Shown: positions 56,001 through 63,559 of the stretch, one piece after another
Position numbering within the stretch: position 1 is the stretch's first letter
Layout: each line of letters begins with the position of its first letter
Made by a program: the position numbers and the translations under genes
Notes under the pieces: model-generated
Databases searched by the model: none
The model's input: only the letters and a program-made list of their open reading frames with translations
Told to the model about the DNA's origin: nothing
From: Euprymna scolopes
Taxonomy: Eukaryota
Assembly: GCA_053919585.1 (NCBI GenBank)
Contig: CM132784.1
Direction: 5' to 3' (one strand)
DNA length: 64,000 bases

Positions 56001-59000
56001 CTGTCATCGTTAGAAAGGATATGAGGGGATCTAAAATTTATATTTCATAAAGTTTTACAAATAAGTTCCTTCAATAAATTTTGATCTCGATCCATTTTAA
56101 CTTCAAATCTTTCAAGATTACATAAACACAACCAACTTGTAAAAGATAAGACAAAGATGGACAAATACTGTTAAAAAAAAAAAAAAACATTGGATTTTTT
56201 TTTCTCTTAAATATGAAAAAAAAAACAAAAAAAAACTTACAATATCTTGAACAAAACTGATAACTTCTAAGTATCTCCTTTTGAGTTGCTTAATTTCATC
56301 TTTGATCTTTCGGAAATGTTCATCGTACACACCATCCAATGGCTTGAAAGTGTGGCCTGTGTGCTACAAAACAAGTAGGAAATTTTTAAGTAAACGAGAA
56401 TTTTTTTTTTATCATTATTTTAATTAAACCAAGAAACCGGAATTGATTTTAAAAGAATTAAAAAGAAATTAAACTTTTACAAACAATTCTTTCAAAGTTA
56501 AATGATAAAACAAAAGAAAAACAAACAAAAAAATCAGAAAAATTATTTGAAATAACTTACTGTTCCTCCCCAAAGAGCACATTTATGGCAAATTGATTGT
56601 CGGCAAATCCAGCAGAAAACACTCAATTTTTCTTGATGTTCTTCGCATCTTTTACGAAAAAAAAAGGTTTTATTAAAAAAATTGATACATTTAAATAAGT
56701 TTTATATATCATGGTTGTACATAAACATTTTGTTTAAAATAATATTTTCACAGTTAGAATTTTCGATTGTAATTAAATACAAGCATTAAAATTATAACAA
56801 ATAATCCCCTACCCCATCAAAAAATAAAATTGTACAACTATGAAGAAAAAAAAAGAAAGTTTAATTCTATTAACATTTGTTTGAATAAAATTTTACCCAC
56901 GCCTTCTCAAAACGACACAAAAAATATCTACTCTAATTTTCACCATTTCAACTTTTAACCGTTTTAATAGTTGAACTCTAGGAAATTTCAGGATTACTCA
57001 GTTTAACATTTGTCTTAATATAAAATTGTCAGCTTAACATTTGTCTTAATATAAAATTAATTGTCAGTTTAACATGTCTTAATATAAAATTAATTGTCAG
57101 TTTAACATGTCTTAATATAAAATTAATTGTCAGTTTAACATGTCTTAATATAAAATTAATTGTCAGTTTAACATGTCTTAATATAAAATTAATTGTCAGT
57201 TTAACATTTGTCTTAATATAAAATTAATTGTCAGTTAAACATTTTTAAATACACTAAACGCTTTCATGTTTTAATTGGTGTATTATAAAAAAAATCTAAT
57301 CTCTAGAAATAAATATTTTTTACCATAAAAATAATCAGTTGAAATACCTTTAAAAGAAAATTTATTCAAATTGGAACATTTTAAAAACATAAAATTTTCA
57401 TACACCGTGATGCCAGATAGTCCACAATTTTTAGAGAACTGAATCAAAATGAAAGATCACCTGTCTTTATCGGTGTCATCCGTTTTCGGTGAGGGCGTAA
57501 AATGTTGCAGGGAATCCAGTTGTTGAGTGACCTCTTCGACCCAACGACAATTCACCAATTCATGAAGATGAAGTGATGCCCTACAAAAGAAATGAAACCA
57601 CAAATGTTAATTATAATCAGCTTTTCTCAACCTGGGGAGCCATACTACCCCTTTTCTTAACCCGCCACTCTCTCAGGCATGTGGAATTTATTGTCAAATG
57701 ATTCCATATTTAGTGGTTATTTTAGCTTTTAAGACAGTTAACAAAAAAAAGTTTGCCGTGGAAGATAAATTTTACAATATTTTATGTGTAAGTGGGTAGT
57801 GCTAAAAATGTACTTAAAAAAAAAAAAAAAAAAAAAAAGTTGATAATTACTTACCCTAGGTCCAAGTGGTACTTTCCATAAAAAATAACTAAAACTTGTA
57901 ATGACATATGTAATTACCTAAAACAGTACCCCATCCCCTTTAAAAAATGCACAGAATTTTTTCACGTGGGGGGGGGGGGGGGTAACTACCCTGAATTGCT
58001 AGAATCGTCTGGAAATGGGAGATCATTTTATGTTAAATTCATATGTGAAACTAATCCTCTATTCTAAATTCTAAAATTGTTTTCCCTTTCCAACAATGTA
58101 CTTCAGGGTGTTCGCACAATCACCTACAAAAAGTAAAATCTCATTTGGGGGTAGATGGATTTAGTAGAGTTAATTTGCAATCACATTTTTTTTTTTTTTT
58201 TTTTCATACTGAAAGTATCGACTGATATGTTTAAACTTTATTTTTGCTTTTCGATTTGTGAAAATTAGCTTTTCATATAAAAGAATTTCCAAGTTATTTT
58301 TGTGTAATAAAAGTTTAAAATATTAAAAATATATTTGGTTCATGGTGTAAACAAAAACACCTACATTAGCGATTAAAATATCGAAAATTAGGTTAAAATA
58401 AATTACAATTTCTTCAAATTTAATAGAAAGACCCCAAAAAGGGCATGTGTGGAGAAGGGGTGGGAGACAAAGTAATTGTTTTTATAAAACAAGATTCTAC
58501 CTCCCCTGCCCTCATCATGAATCGTTTGAAGTATGGCAAAATTAACAGAGAGGGAAAAGGAAGCAACACGAGACAATATGGAGAGAGAGGAAGAGAAAAA
58601 AAGAATGATAAAAATGAAAAAAAAAAAAAAAACTTATAAGATTTAAGTGAAAATCTTTTCCAAATTCCAAGGAATTCAATTTTCTGTTCAAAAGCAGAGA
58701 ATTCACATCGCCGATAATATACATATGAAACAGTCTTTGAAGATTTGAATTAGTCTAAACCAATGAATTTATTTCAATTTCTTAAAAATCAAAGTTTGTT
58801 TAAAATTGGAATGAAAACAAAAAGTTTATTTTTTTACAAACAAGTGCATTTAAATTACCTACAGCAATTCAAATGCATTTTTAGTTTTTAGGATTTTATT
58901 AATTTGTAACAGAAGCAGTGATTTGTCAAAACTATAACAAATTAATCAATCAGTCAATCAAAACTCACCTGACAAAAAAAAAAAAAAAAAAATGATGCAT

Positions 59001-62000
59001 AAAAAATGTCTTCTATAATATAAATTTCATCTGTCTGTATGTATGTATGTATGTCCTACTAAAACTTTTGACAGAGGCGACGGATTTTCACGAGATCAGT
59101 ATCATTTTGAAGCTCGACCCTTTGGATGAAAAATAACGAAAAAACATTAATTCCTTCACCCTCAACTGGGCATTTTTCTACATGAAGGGGTCGTTTTCTT
59201 TTTTTGTCGATATTCTTGAAAGTCATCCCCTCTTTTCAATTGACTGGCCTTAATTTAAACATGCGTCATTTCCGGTTTGGCGATGGGCACAACAGCAAAA
59301 CATCACGTTTTTAATGTTCTTTTCCTCCTTCGCGGTATGGGTTTGAGTTTGCCTGCCTACTACCACTTTTTTTTTTTTTTTACTCAACATACACCTCCAA
59401 ATACCCGGGCAACGCTGGGCACCCAGACTAGTATTGAATAAAATCCATAGTATTGGTAGACTTTTGTTTTAGAGAAAAAAATAACTTCTCTTCGCTCCTC
59501 TGAAATATCACTCAGTAAAATGTAAATATTGATAGGATAAAACATTTAATCAATTAGAAATTTTTTGTATAACATTTTCAAATAAAAAAAAAAAATGTTT
59601 AATTGTGTAAACCCTGGAAAAATATTCAAAATAACAGTATTCAAGCCTAAATAAAATCAACTAAGTATGGCTACCATACACTGGCTTTGCATTTTCTGTA
59701 GGTCACATTGCTTATGGTAACAGTACTAAGCTGGATACTCGACTAGATCAATTCTTATCCTAGAATCTAGTAAAACCAAAAGAAATCTATTATACAGGAT
59801 GTTTCAAAAGTGTTGGGCACATTTCAAGTCTTCATATCTGCTTAACTATGAATGGATGCAAGATGAAAGTGGTGCTATTTGAAAACTAAATACATTTAGT
59901 TTTTTTGTAATTTTGTTATTGATTTTTTTTTTTCTCATTCCTTTTCAGATGCAGTAATGGTGTTCACTCAAACAGAAAAGGCGTTTTGTGTGCTTGAATT
60001 TGCAAAAACTGAATCATGGACACTTGTTCAACATGCATTTTGCAAAAAATTTGGAAAAAAGTCACCAGAAAGAAAATCCATAGGGAGATGACTTGGTAAA
60101 TTTGTTGCGGATGGGTGTTTATGCCCAGCTAAGAGAATGGGATGCTTCTCAACTTCAGAAAATGTGGTTGACAATACAATAAGTTCAAACTGCCTTCCAG
60201 CAGAGCCCCCATACAGAACAAGAGACAGTAGGAAACTTCAGCTTCGTACAACAATTGTTTGGCATGTCTTAAGACGACTGCATATGACACCTTAAAAGCT
60301 ACAGTTAATCCAACAGTTGAACAACCAGTTCATCATGACAGAAGATGGAAGATAACGGGTTTGACGACCGGCTTGTTTTTAACGATGAAGTAACTTTCCA
60401 CATGGTAAAGTTAATAAGCATAACACTCGCATATGGGGTACTGAAGACCCACAAGAATTTGAGCATCAGTGAGATTCCCCAAAGGTGACCGTTTTGTGCT
60501 ATGTCCAAGAAAGCTGTCTACGGACCATTCTTCTATGAAAGAGCAACAGTTGCTGGTGAGACGTACCTCGACATGCTGGAAAATTGGTTAATCAATATAT
60601 TGAGTAAGGACTTCATTTTCCAACAGGGTGGGGCACCACCACACTGGAGTCTCAGGGTTAAACAGTTTCTGAACATAACACTGCCAGACAGATGGATTGG
60701 ATGATTTATGCAAAATGTTCACAATCTCATGCCTTAGCCTCCCAGATCTTCAGATCTCACACCCTGTGATTCTTTTTTGTAAGGATTTGTAAAAGGACTA
60801 GACTATGTGCCTCCCATTCCAAGAGACATAGATGAGCTGAAGGCATGAATAACAGAAGTTTTTGCAACCATTGACAATGCAATGCTGGGACGCATTTGGC
60901 AAGAATTGGACCATCGAATTGATGCGTGTCATGTGATCAATAGTGCTCACATAGAACATCTTTGAATATTCCATGAAAAACTGTAGATTACAAACCTTCA
61001 AAATATGCCAGATGCATTTTTATATCTTTAATAGTTGTAGAGATATTCAATGTTAAAATGTGCCCAAGACTTCAATACTTTTGGAACACTGTATTATAAC
61101 ATAATTAATCTCTATATAAATAAAATGAACTCATTTTTTCCCGTGGGATTTTGACCTTAATAGGATTAAAAATCAAGATATTTCATGCAAATACATTATG
61201 CACAAACGGCAGAACAATATCTGAGGTTTGTTATAGGCTTATTAGTTCTCAAATTCCTCGATAATCTTAGATTTCTATACTTTTTCTGCTGAGAAGTCAC
61301 GGCCAAAATCGGTTAAGATCAATGGAAGTGGTAATATATTTTCTCTCTAAAAAATTCCTCCTCCCCCTGCCACCACTTAACACCGTTTGGAGATCGTTCA
61401 CAAGGAACAGTTGAGAAGAGAACACCGGTTTGGCTTCGTAGTTCTTTCATGTGAAGTTATTTAAAATTACTAAACTCAGCTGCAGTGCTCTGTGGCGTAG
61501 TGGTTAGCGTGCTGGACAATTCACATTATATTTTCACGTTCGTGCCGACCTACCGTAGTCGTTTTTTTTTTTTTTTTTTCCTAAACAACTGGAATGGACT
61601 TTTATTGGTGGCCGAACTGTTAACGTTGCAGATGTGTGTGTGTGTTTTTTTTTTTTTCACACTTTATTTTCCTACTTTTACTCATGACTCCGGGTTTGAT
61701 CCTTCCTACTTACCTACCATAACATTTTTTAAAACTCCCCCCCCCCGTCCCGGAAACGAACACTCGGGCAACGCCGGGTACCCCCGCTAGTTGGTTAATA
61801 AGTGAGGAAAATTAATATTTCTAACTTCTTTTCTAACTCAATGTTAGAGATCTAAGATAACTGTAATGAAATATTTGAATATTCTCTCATACAAAGATCA
61901 GGAAGGGGCGTTGAGTTTTGAGAAATTCAACTAAAGTAAAATGGAACACCTAAAAACGCCCAACTAAGTTTTATCTCCATCGCTGCGTTCAATCACAAGA

Positions 62001-62081
62001 ATACAATTTTTTTCCTTTTGAAATAAAAAATTTACTTTACCTGCAATGTGGACATTGTGATCTTTGTTCTGTTAACCAACG
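3577..62081 (-). CDS. TRIM37: E3 ubiquitin-protein ligase TRIM37 orthologue (multi-exon, 5'-incomplete; 21 coding exons in window)
   Basis: Exons in transcript order: 62041-62081, 57461-57580, 56561-56648, 56241-56363, 54562-54685, 52664-52856, 51592-51724, 49506-49582, 45714-45944, 43488-43551, 40828-40885, 39363-39508, 25184-25284, 23487-23585, 19993-20108, 18641-18913, 14098-14358, 7268-7427, 7007-7080, 5117-5426, 3577-3607. All introns are GT-AG and phases are consistent (2823 nt). The translation contains motifs I recognise from TRIM37: [78 protein letters not shown]. Confidence 0.95.
3985..4125 (-). mobile_element. CR1-like LINE 3' end fragment
   Basis: caccacttatcaagacccgaaggccacttgaggataacggtta matches the 3' UTR of the copy at 34093-35155. 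Confidence 0.65.
4264..4811. mobile_element. MITE with ~35-bp TIRs (Tc1/mariner-type)
   Basis: ctctgtcgatattggtgtcgagttgggagtttt at 4264 versus aaaactcccaactcgacaccaatattaacggag|ta ending at 4811. Confidence 0.7.
5117..5426 (-). CDS. TRIM37: TRIM37 exon with poly-Gly/Ser/Asn tract ([11 protein letters not shown]...[18 protein letters not shown]...SKD-R)
   Basis: ttttgtag acceptor, cg|gtaaaa donor (alternatively reads through to TAA at 5113-5115); within ORF 5113..5463. Confidence 0.8.
6065..6285 (+). mobile_element. CR1-like LINE 3' end fragment with A tail
   Basis: gtcttcaagtccaacgtaaacaagttcttgatgag...ttaacccttatcctcga...gtaaaaaaaa, same family as 22690-23200. Confidence 0.7.
6760..6975 (+). 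mobile_element. tRNA-type SINE, degenerate
   Basis: A-box-like tggtcacgtgg, B-box-like ttcgaatcc, shared ttctagaaagaattct body with copies at 48842-49050 (+) and about 10010-10150 (-). Confidence 0.55.
7007..7080 (-). CDS. TRIM37: TRIM37 exon ([25 protein letters not shown])
   Basis: ttatttag / gtgagt; 74 nt; phase 2 to 1. Confidence 0.75.
7268..7427 (-). CDS. TRIM37: TRIM37 exon ([24 protein letters not shown]...QKHMTT-G)
   Basis: cag acceptor preceded by an A-run, gtaagc donor; 160 nt; only the required frame is open. Confidence 0.68.
9219..9610. mobile_element. MITE-like inverted-repeat element (gggaattctggacaagaacc family)
   Basis: gttcttgtccagaattctccctat... versus ...atagggaggattctggacaagcacc; family ends also near 2041, 3760-3900, 17684, 38270-38400 and 39765-39920. 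Confidence 0.6.
10670..12428. repeat. Minisatellite, 27-bp core unit ATGTTAATTTTATGCAAGTATAAAAAA with ~32-bp variants at both flanks
   Basis: Directly visible; produces the spurious MLILCKYKK and LHKINIFLY repeat ORFs. Confidence 0.97.
12545..13860 (-). mobile_element. CR1-like LINE reverse-transcriptase fragment, decayed (family A)
   Basis: ORF 12746..13150 has [30 protein letters not shown] and FADDT; stops and frameshifts present. Confidence 0.9.
14098..14358 (-). CDS. TRIM37: TRIM37 exon, Ser/Pro/Thr/Asn-rich ([13 protein letters not shown]...[13 protein letters not shown])
   Basis: tttttcag / gtgagt; 261 nt; phase 1-1; within ORF 14000..14377. Confidence 0.78.
14703..17650 (+). mobile_element. 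5'-truncated CR1-like LINE (family A) with poly(A), split by a hAT-type insertion
   Basis: RT motifs on both sides of 15256-16602; ORF 16783..17451 ([20 protein letters not shown]); A tail at about 17629-17650. Confidence 0.92.
15256..16602. mobile_element. Non-autonomous hAT-type DNA transposon (1347 bp)
   Basis: TIRs TAGGCACCGCCAAAA and TTTTGGCAGTGCCTA (14/15 match); perfect 8-bp TSD ATCTAAAC at 15248-15255 and 16603-16610; no transposase ORF. Confidence 0.9.
18138..18588 (-). mobile_element. Degenerate LINE-like 3' fragment; sister copy of the repeat hosting the 10.7-12.4 kb satellite
   Basis: Aligns by eye to 10428-10670 plus 12428-12535 (gaaactgtccatggt, aagaattaagagtacca.ggagattacac). 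Confidence 0.65.
18641..18913 (-). CDS. TRIM37: TRIM37 exon with poly-Pro tract ([14 protein letters not shown]...[18 protein letters not shown])
   Basis: tttgactag / gtaagt; 273 nt; phase 1-1; overlaps ORF 18633..18872. Confidence 0.8.
19993..20108 (-). CDS. TRIM37: TRIM37 exon ([38 protein letters not shown])
   Basis: ctttatag / gtgact; 116 nt; phase 2 to 1; LLFQLL.DRS resembles TRIM37 ILIHLLDLKDRS. Confidence 0.78.
20148..20346. repeat. ~200-bp imperfect palindrome made of two Penelope-like/SINE-tail ends
   Basis: ttggattgtttggactattgatctcatgttggttg...gatgtaacctccg versus cggaggttacatt...caatcaacatgagaacaatagtctgaacaatccaa. Confidence 0.7.
21188..21523 (-). mobile_element. CR1-like LINE 3' fragment (family B) with poly(A)
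   Basis: T-run followed by sequence very similar to 34116-34400. Confidence 0.85.
21690..22222. mobile_element. Two diverging CR1-like (family A) 3' ends: minus about 21690-21910, plus about 21945-22222
   Basis: Both match the 3' end of 17330-17650 in opposite orientations. Confidence 0.8.
22690..23200 (+). mobile_element. CR1-like LINE 3' fragment (family B) with poly(A)
   Basis: ORF 22741..23028 ([22 protein letters not shown]...[10 protein letters not shown]); A tail at 23187-23201. Confidence 0.9.
23487..23585 (-). CDS. TRIM37: TRIM37 exon ([32 protein letters not shown])
   Basis: tcttag / gtaagt; 99 nt; continues M-S.DNDV, like TRIM37 MSGENDV. Confidence 0.85.
24090..24292 (+). mobile_element. 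RTE-like LINE 3' end with (GAT)n tail
   Basis: aaaacctgttcaacacataacagcatgtaaagcagac...gatgatggtgatg; related ends at about 51310 (+) and 52918-52975 (-). Confidence 0.5.
24437..24848. mobile_element. Palindromic MITE-like element
   Basis: Arms tgcttcttcgttatt...gaagacaattagtgaaaattgagttttg and caaaactcagtttttgctaattgtcttcg...aataactaagaagca. Confidence 0.6.
25184..25284 (-). CDS. TRIM37: TRIM37 exon ([10 protein letters not shown]...[11 protein letters not shown])
   Basis: tcctcag / gtaagt; 101 nt; conserved ENDIDEETM motif. Confidence 0.9.
25480..25695 (+). mobile_element. CR1-like LINE 3' end fragment
   Basis: Encodes [19 protein letters not shown], followed by the ttaacccttatcctcgagtggcc 3' UTR motif. 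Confidence 0.75.
26006..26594 (-). mobile_element. Non-autonomous Helitron/DINE-like element
   Basis: Right end acagacagac...gatatatagat (TCTATATA start on minus), internal tandem tttgaccc repeats, degenerate hairpin/CTAG-like left end. Confidence 0.5.
27020..28482 (-). mobile_element. CR1-like LINE RT fragment (family A), decayed, interrupted by a 5S-derived SINE
   Basis: ORF 27115..27630 ([25 protein letters not shown]); collinear with 12545-13860. Confidence 0.88.
27688..27986 (-). mobile_element. 5S rRNA-derived SINE (SINE3-type), ~300 bp
   Basis: Minus-strand head TACGGCATAATCACATTGACACACTGATTCCCGTCAGATCACCGAAGTTAAGCAACGTTGAGCCTGGTCATTACTAAAATGGGTGAGCAATTTGGGAAGTCCAGGTGCTGTA is collinear with 5S rRNA; unrelated body; (AC)n tail; 13-bp TSD tattcttccagtg / tattctcccagtg. 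Confidence 0.88.
28795..29649 (+). mobile_element. Internally deleted mariner-type DNA transposon relic
   Basis: TIR remnants cttcaattaagtttcaagacttttt and aaaaaagtctggaaacttattgaaggcacctcata; [12 protein letters not shown] motif in ORF 29331..29615. Confidence 0.82.
29805..30390. repeat. Minisatellite, 17-bp unit TATTTTGT(T/C)TTAAAAA(A/G), about 34 copies
   Basis: Directly visible, period 17. Confidence 0.95.
30565..37790 (-). mobile_element. Near full-length decayed I/Nimb-type LINE (ORF1 CCHC gag-like; ORF2 APE-RT-RNase H-CCHC)
   Basis: ORF1 knuckles [14 protein letters not shown] and CPNCLENH (36325..36735); APE IIQWNC...CLQETFLK (35458..35790); [13 protein letters not shown] and [12 protein letters not shown]; RNase H-like remnants at 31120-31450; C-terminal [10 protein letters not shown]...[17 protein letters not shown]; many stops. 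Confidence 0.88.
34093..35152 (-). mobile_element. Younger 5'-truncated CR1-like LINE (family B) nested in the I/Nimb element
   Basis: ORF 34210..34956 (248 aa) plus upstream [20 protein letters not shown] and YADDT motifs; poly(A) seen as a T-run at 34093-34115. Confidence 0.92.
38675..38875. repeat. Inverted pair of Penelope-like/SINE-tail fragments
   Basis: ttgatcgggttattgttctcatcttga versus tcgagatgagaacaataatccgatcaa; caacgtttcgg...ggccttcag motif. Confidence 0.55.
39363..39508 (-). CDS. TRIM37: TRIM37 exon, acidic low-complexity ([12 protein letters not shown]...[15 protein letters not shown])
   Basis: atcttcag / gtatgt; 146 nt; open in the required phase 1 to 0. Confidence 0.78.
40828..40885 (-). 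CDS. TRIM37: TRIM37 exon ([19 protein letters not shown])
   Basis: tttttcag / gtgagt; 58 nt; resembles RLTIELSR. Confidence 0.88.
41508..41837. mobile_element. Tc1-type MITE with ~135-bp TIRs
   Basis: cagcaaaaagaatgtccgcacttgtaatttt...ataattttacctgtt mirrored by aacaggtaaaattat...caagtgcagactttctttttgctggcactg|ta. Confidence 0.85.
41839..42778 (-). mobile_element. CR1-like 3' fragment interrupted by a solo LTR
   Basis: 41839-42155 and 42727-42778 are collinear with 34130-34490. Confidence 0.75.
42156..42726. mobile_element. Probable solo LTR (571 bp)
   Basis: TGTTA...TAACA termini, G-rich gggga/ggggg flanks, precise interruption of a CR1 fragment, no coding capacity. Confidence 0.72.
43085..43440 (-). 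mobile_element. Mariner-like fragment, decayed
   Basis: Sequence resembles the mariner transposase central region on the minus strand (ggatacatcttttgtccatcgtcac, similar to the VTMDE..I motif). Confidence 0.45.
43488..43551 (-). CDS. TRIM37: TRIM37 exon ([21 protein letters not shown])
   Basis: tttctag / gtaagt; 64 nt; resembles TRIM37 [21 protein letters not shown]. Confidence 0.92.
44678..45285. repeat. ~285-bp tandem duplication (two copies plus a partial third)
   Basis: gaagccgttaaaaatgaaatttaagtatcctaattag at about 44680 and gaagctgttaaaatgaaacttaattatgctaattag at about 44965; partial at about 45243. Confidence 0.8.
45714..45944 (-). CDS. TRIM37: TRIM37 exon, MATH ([10 protein letters not shown]...[15 protein letters not shown]...CRDQQ-W)
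   Basis: ttttcag / gtgcgt; 231 nt; within ORF 45635..45955. Confidence 0.96.
46020..46600 (+). mobile_element. CR1-like LINE 3' fragment (family A)
   Basis: ORF 45958..46209 ends [12 protein letters not shown]...[11 protein letters not shown]; collinear with 16990-17580. Confidence 0.88.
46620..48150 (+). mobile_element. Highly decayed RTE-like LINE RT fragment
   Basis: [33 protein letters not shown] and FCYHGDT remnants. Confidence 0.7.
47151..47475. repeat. Minisatellite of mixed 20-bp GTGAATGTTAATGATGATCA and 19-bp GTGAATGTTACTAAAATCA units
   Basis: Directly visible, about 16 units. Confidence 0.93.
48842..49050 (+). mobile_element. tRNA-type SINE, degenerate
   Basis: ggtggctaagtggtta A box, gtttgaatcc B box; body shared with 6760-6975. 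Confidence 0.6.
49506..49582 (-). CDS. TRIM37: TRIM37 exon, MATH ([26 protein letters not shown])
   Basis: ttctag / gtaata; 77 nt. Confidence 0.95.
49751..50041. mobile_element. MITE with ~57-bp near-perfect TIRs
   Basis: aaaagggttggttctgcattacaagaattcaaaccgtttgtttgagggtgggtccgt versus acggacccaccctcaaacaaacggtttgaattcttgtaatgcagagccaaccctttt. Confidence 0.85.
50066..50195 (+). mobile_element. Penelope-like terminal-repeat fragment
   Basis: cccgaagaaggtcgc...gcgactgaaacgttg...gatgagaataatagtccg; related to 20148-20346, 26820-26870 and 38675-38875. Confidence 0.55.
50400..51360 (+). mobile_element. Decayed RTE-like LINE fragment
   Basis: QFGFMP...[15 protein letters not shown] and VKMGVHHG remnants; RTE-type 3' end at about 51310-51355. 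Confidence 0.65.
51592..51724 (-). CDS. TRIM37: TRIM37 exon, MATH domain start ([16 protein letters not shown]...WRLKVYP)
   Basis: ttcag / gtaagt; 133 nt. Confidence 0.95.
52664..52856 (-). CDS. TRIM37: TRIM37 exon ([13 protein letters not shown]...[19 protein letters not shown])
   Basis: gtccag / gtgagt; 193 nt; overlaps ORF 52660..52842. Confidence 0.95.
54562..54685 (-). CDS. TRIM37: TRIM37 exon, coiled coil ([42 protein letters not shown])
   Basis: ttttaag / gtaagt; 124 nt; within ORF 54551..54733. Confidence 0.95.
56241..56363 (-). CDS. TRIM37: TRIM37 exon, B-box end / coiled coil ([16 protein letters not shown]...FVQDI)
   Basis: tttgtag / gtaagt; 123 nt; overlaps ORF 56118..56339. 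Confidence 0.94.
56561..56648 (-). CDS. TRIM37: TRIM37 exon, B-box ([29 protein letters not shown])
   Basis: aaag acceptor after a T-run, gtaagt donor; 88 nt; B-box Cys/His pattern. Confidence 0.94.
56998..57243. repeat. Minisatellite, ~33-bp unit GTCAGTTTAACATGTCTTAATATAAAATTAATT, about 7 copies
   Basis: Directly visible. Confidence 0.92.
57461..57580 (-). CDS. TRIM37: TRIM37 exon ([39 protein letters not shown])
   Basis: tttgtag acceptor, gtgatc donor; 120 nt; phase 2-2. Confidence 0.93.
59009..59431 (+). mobile_element. Non-autonomous Helitron-like element
   Basis: 5' TCTTCTATAATATAAA then (GTAT)n; 3' hairpin cccgggcaacgctggg followed by CTAG|T; no TSD. Confidence 0.72.
59795..61091 (+). 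mobile_element. Full-length decayed Tc1/mariner-superfamily transposon (rosa/DD41D-like) with a transposase pseudogene at about 59957-60964
   Basis: TA|CAGGATGTTTCAAAAGTGTTGGGCACATTT...AAATGTGCCCAAG..TTTTTGGAACACTG|TA termini; motifs [44 protein letters not shown]; several stops. Confidence 0.9.
61109..61790 (+). mobile_element. Non-autonomous Helitron-like element
   Basis: A|TCTCTATATAAATAAAA start; 3' hairpin ctcgggcaacgccggg followed by CTAG|T. Confidence 0.8.
62041..62081 (-). CDS. TRIM37: TRIM37 exon, end of RING domain ([14 protein letters not shown])
   Basis: ttctccag acceptor, gtaaag donor; 41 nt. Confidence 0.93.
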
Positions 62082-62794
62082 CTGGAGAAAAATAAAGCAA
62101 TAAGTGTAAGAATTATTAAATACAAAAAAAATTAAAATATTTTAGAAATAAAAGCCATGTCATAACATCAAGATGAATCCAGTGAAAAATTAAATGGAAA
62201 CTGATTTCCAAAAAATTTAAATATCAAATTAATCCCAATATGTAGTAATAGTATTTATTTGCAATAAAAATTTGATTCATTAAAAACTACAATGTGAATA
62301 CTAAAAGTTAATTTTGTGGATAAAACAGTTTGCATGTTGAACAAGTTTGGAAAATACTTTTTTTTTTTTTATAACCATAATTAGAGCAGAAAGTGGGCAT
62401 TGGATTTCATTAATCTCGTAACTCTGGCTTTCTTTAGTTCTCACATTCCATGAGTAGCATTTTTAACAAAAGGGGAAAGAATTGTTTTCTTGGTCAGAAT
62501 TTCATTTAACACTTATCATTGGTTAGTTTTTGGCACTGAAAGATTTTTTTTTGTTTTTTAGACATCAAATGGCTTCATGCCTTGTATGAAACAATTTCCA
62601 TTAAAAAGTATCAGAATTTTCTTCCTCAACATAATTGTACACTGCCAGACAGTTTTTGAAATTCTTTTTCATGAGTTTGGTTTCTCCTATAATTACTGGA
62701 ACGATAGAAATCTTCCTAAGATTTCAATTTCTATTCATGTCATACATAAGATCTTGGTATTTTGTTATCTCTCCTCTCAGCTTTGTTTAACCTA

Positions 62795-63215
62795 AGGAGA
62801 GTCCAAGTTTCAGATCATGGACTCTTTCAGCAAAACAGCGTCGTTTGGATGGATGTTACACACGTCTTTTGAGAAGAGTACTCAATCTCTCATGGCGAAA
62901 CCACTAAACTTCAGAAATGATATATGGAGACGTACCGAGAGTATCAACCTCAGTTTGTAAAAGACGTGTTCAGTTTTGCTAGGCATTGTGCACGTGCCAC
63001 AGATGAACTTGTTTCATCATTTGTGGAGGCACCGATCATCATTTGTACTGTGGAGGCAACCATTATCTCACAATTGATCATGAAAATTAACTTTTCCAGA
63101 TAGGATACAAGATATATTTATCTGCAAGGAAGATCTTTTGGGTGCTATGACAGATGGGGAATACTGGAAGGGTGTCGCGAGTTCAATCTCGGTTGAGGCC
63201 GCAAAATAATGATTG
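62795..63215 (+). mobile_element. RTE-group LINE 3' fragment
   Basis: Translates SWTLSAKQRRLDGCYTRLLRRVLNLSWRNH, typical of the post-RT region of RTE-like LINEs. Confidence 0.7.
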
Positions 63216-63559
63216 CTTAACCCAGCATCATTATGGGCACTAACTTCTACTAAGGTTGCTTCTTTCTCCTTGTCCTATATCAGGATTAATAGCTCTAGGT
63301 ATGCAGCTGTAGGACTTGCATAATCACAATGGATGGCGTAAAACTTATTCTGTTCTTTCTGGTACGTGTTGTCAGGACTGACTGCTGCAAGTGATAGTCA
63401 ACTTTTTCACAAAATGGTACAGTGTGTAAAAATGTGTCTTTGAAATAGAAAGAACAGGTTTAGTTAACCATTTTTTTGTAGAATTAGAAAAAAAGAAATG
63501 TCACGTGAGTATTTATTACGAATTAAAAAAAAAAAAAATGCTCACAATAGTACGCATAT

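Noticed and set aside
59957-60964. Active or domesticated transposase
   Set aside because: Multiple in-frame stops, frameshifts and loss of the second catalytic Asp.
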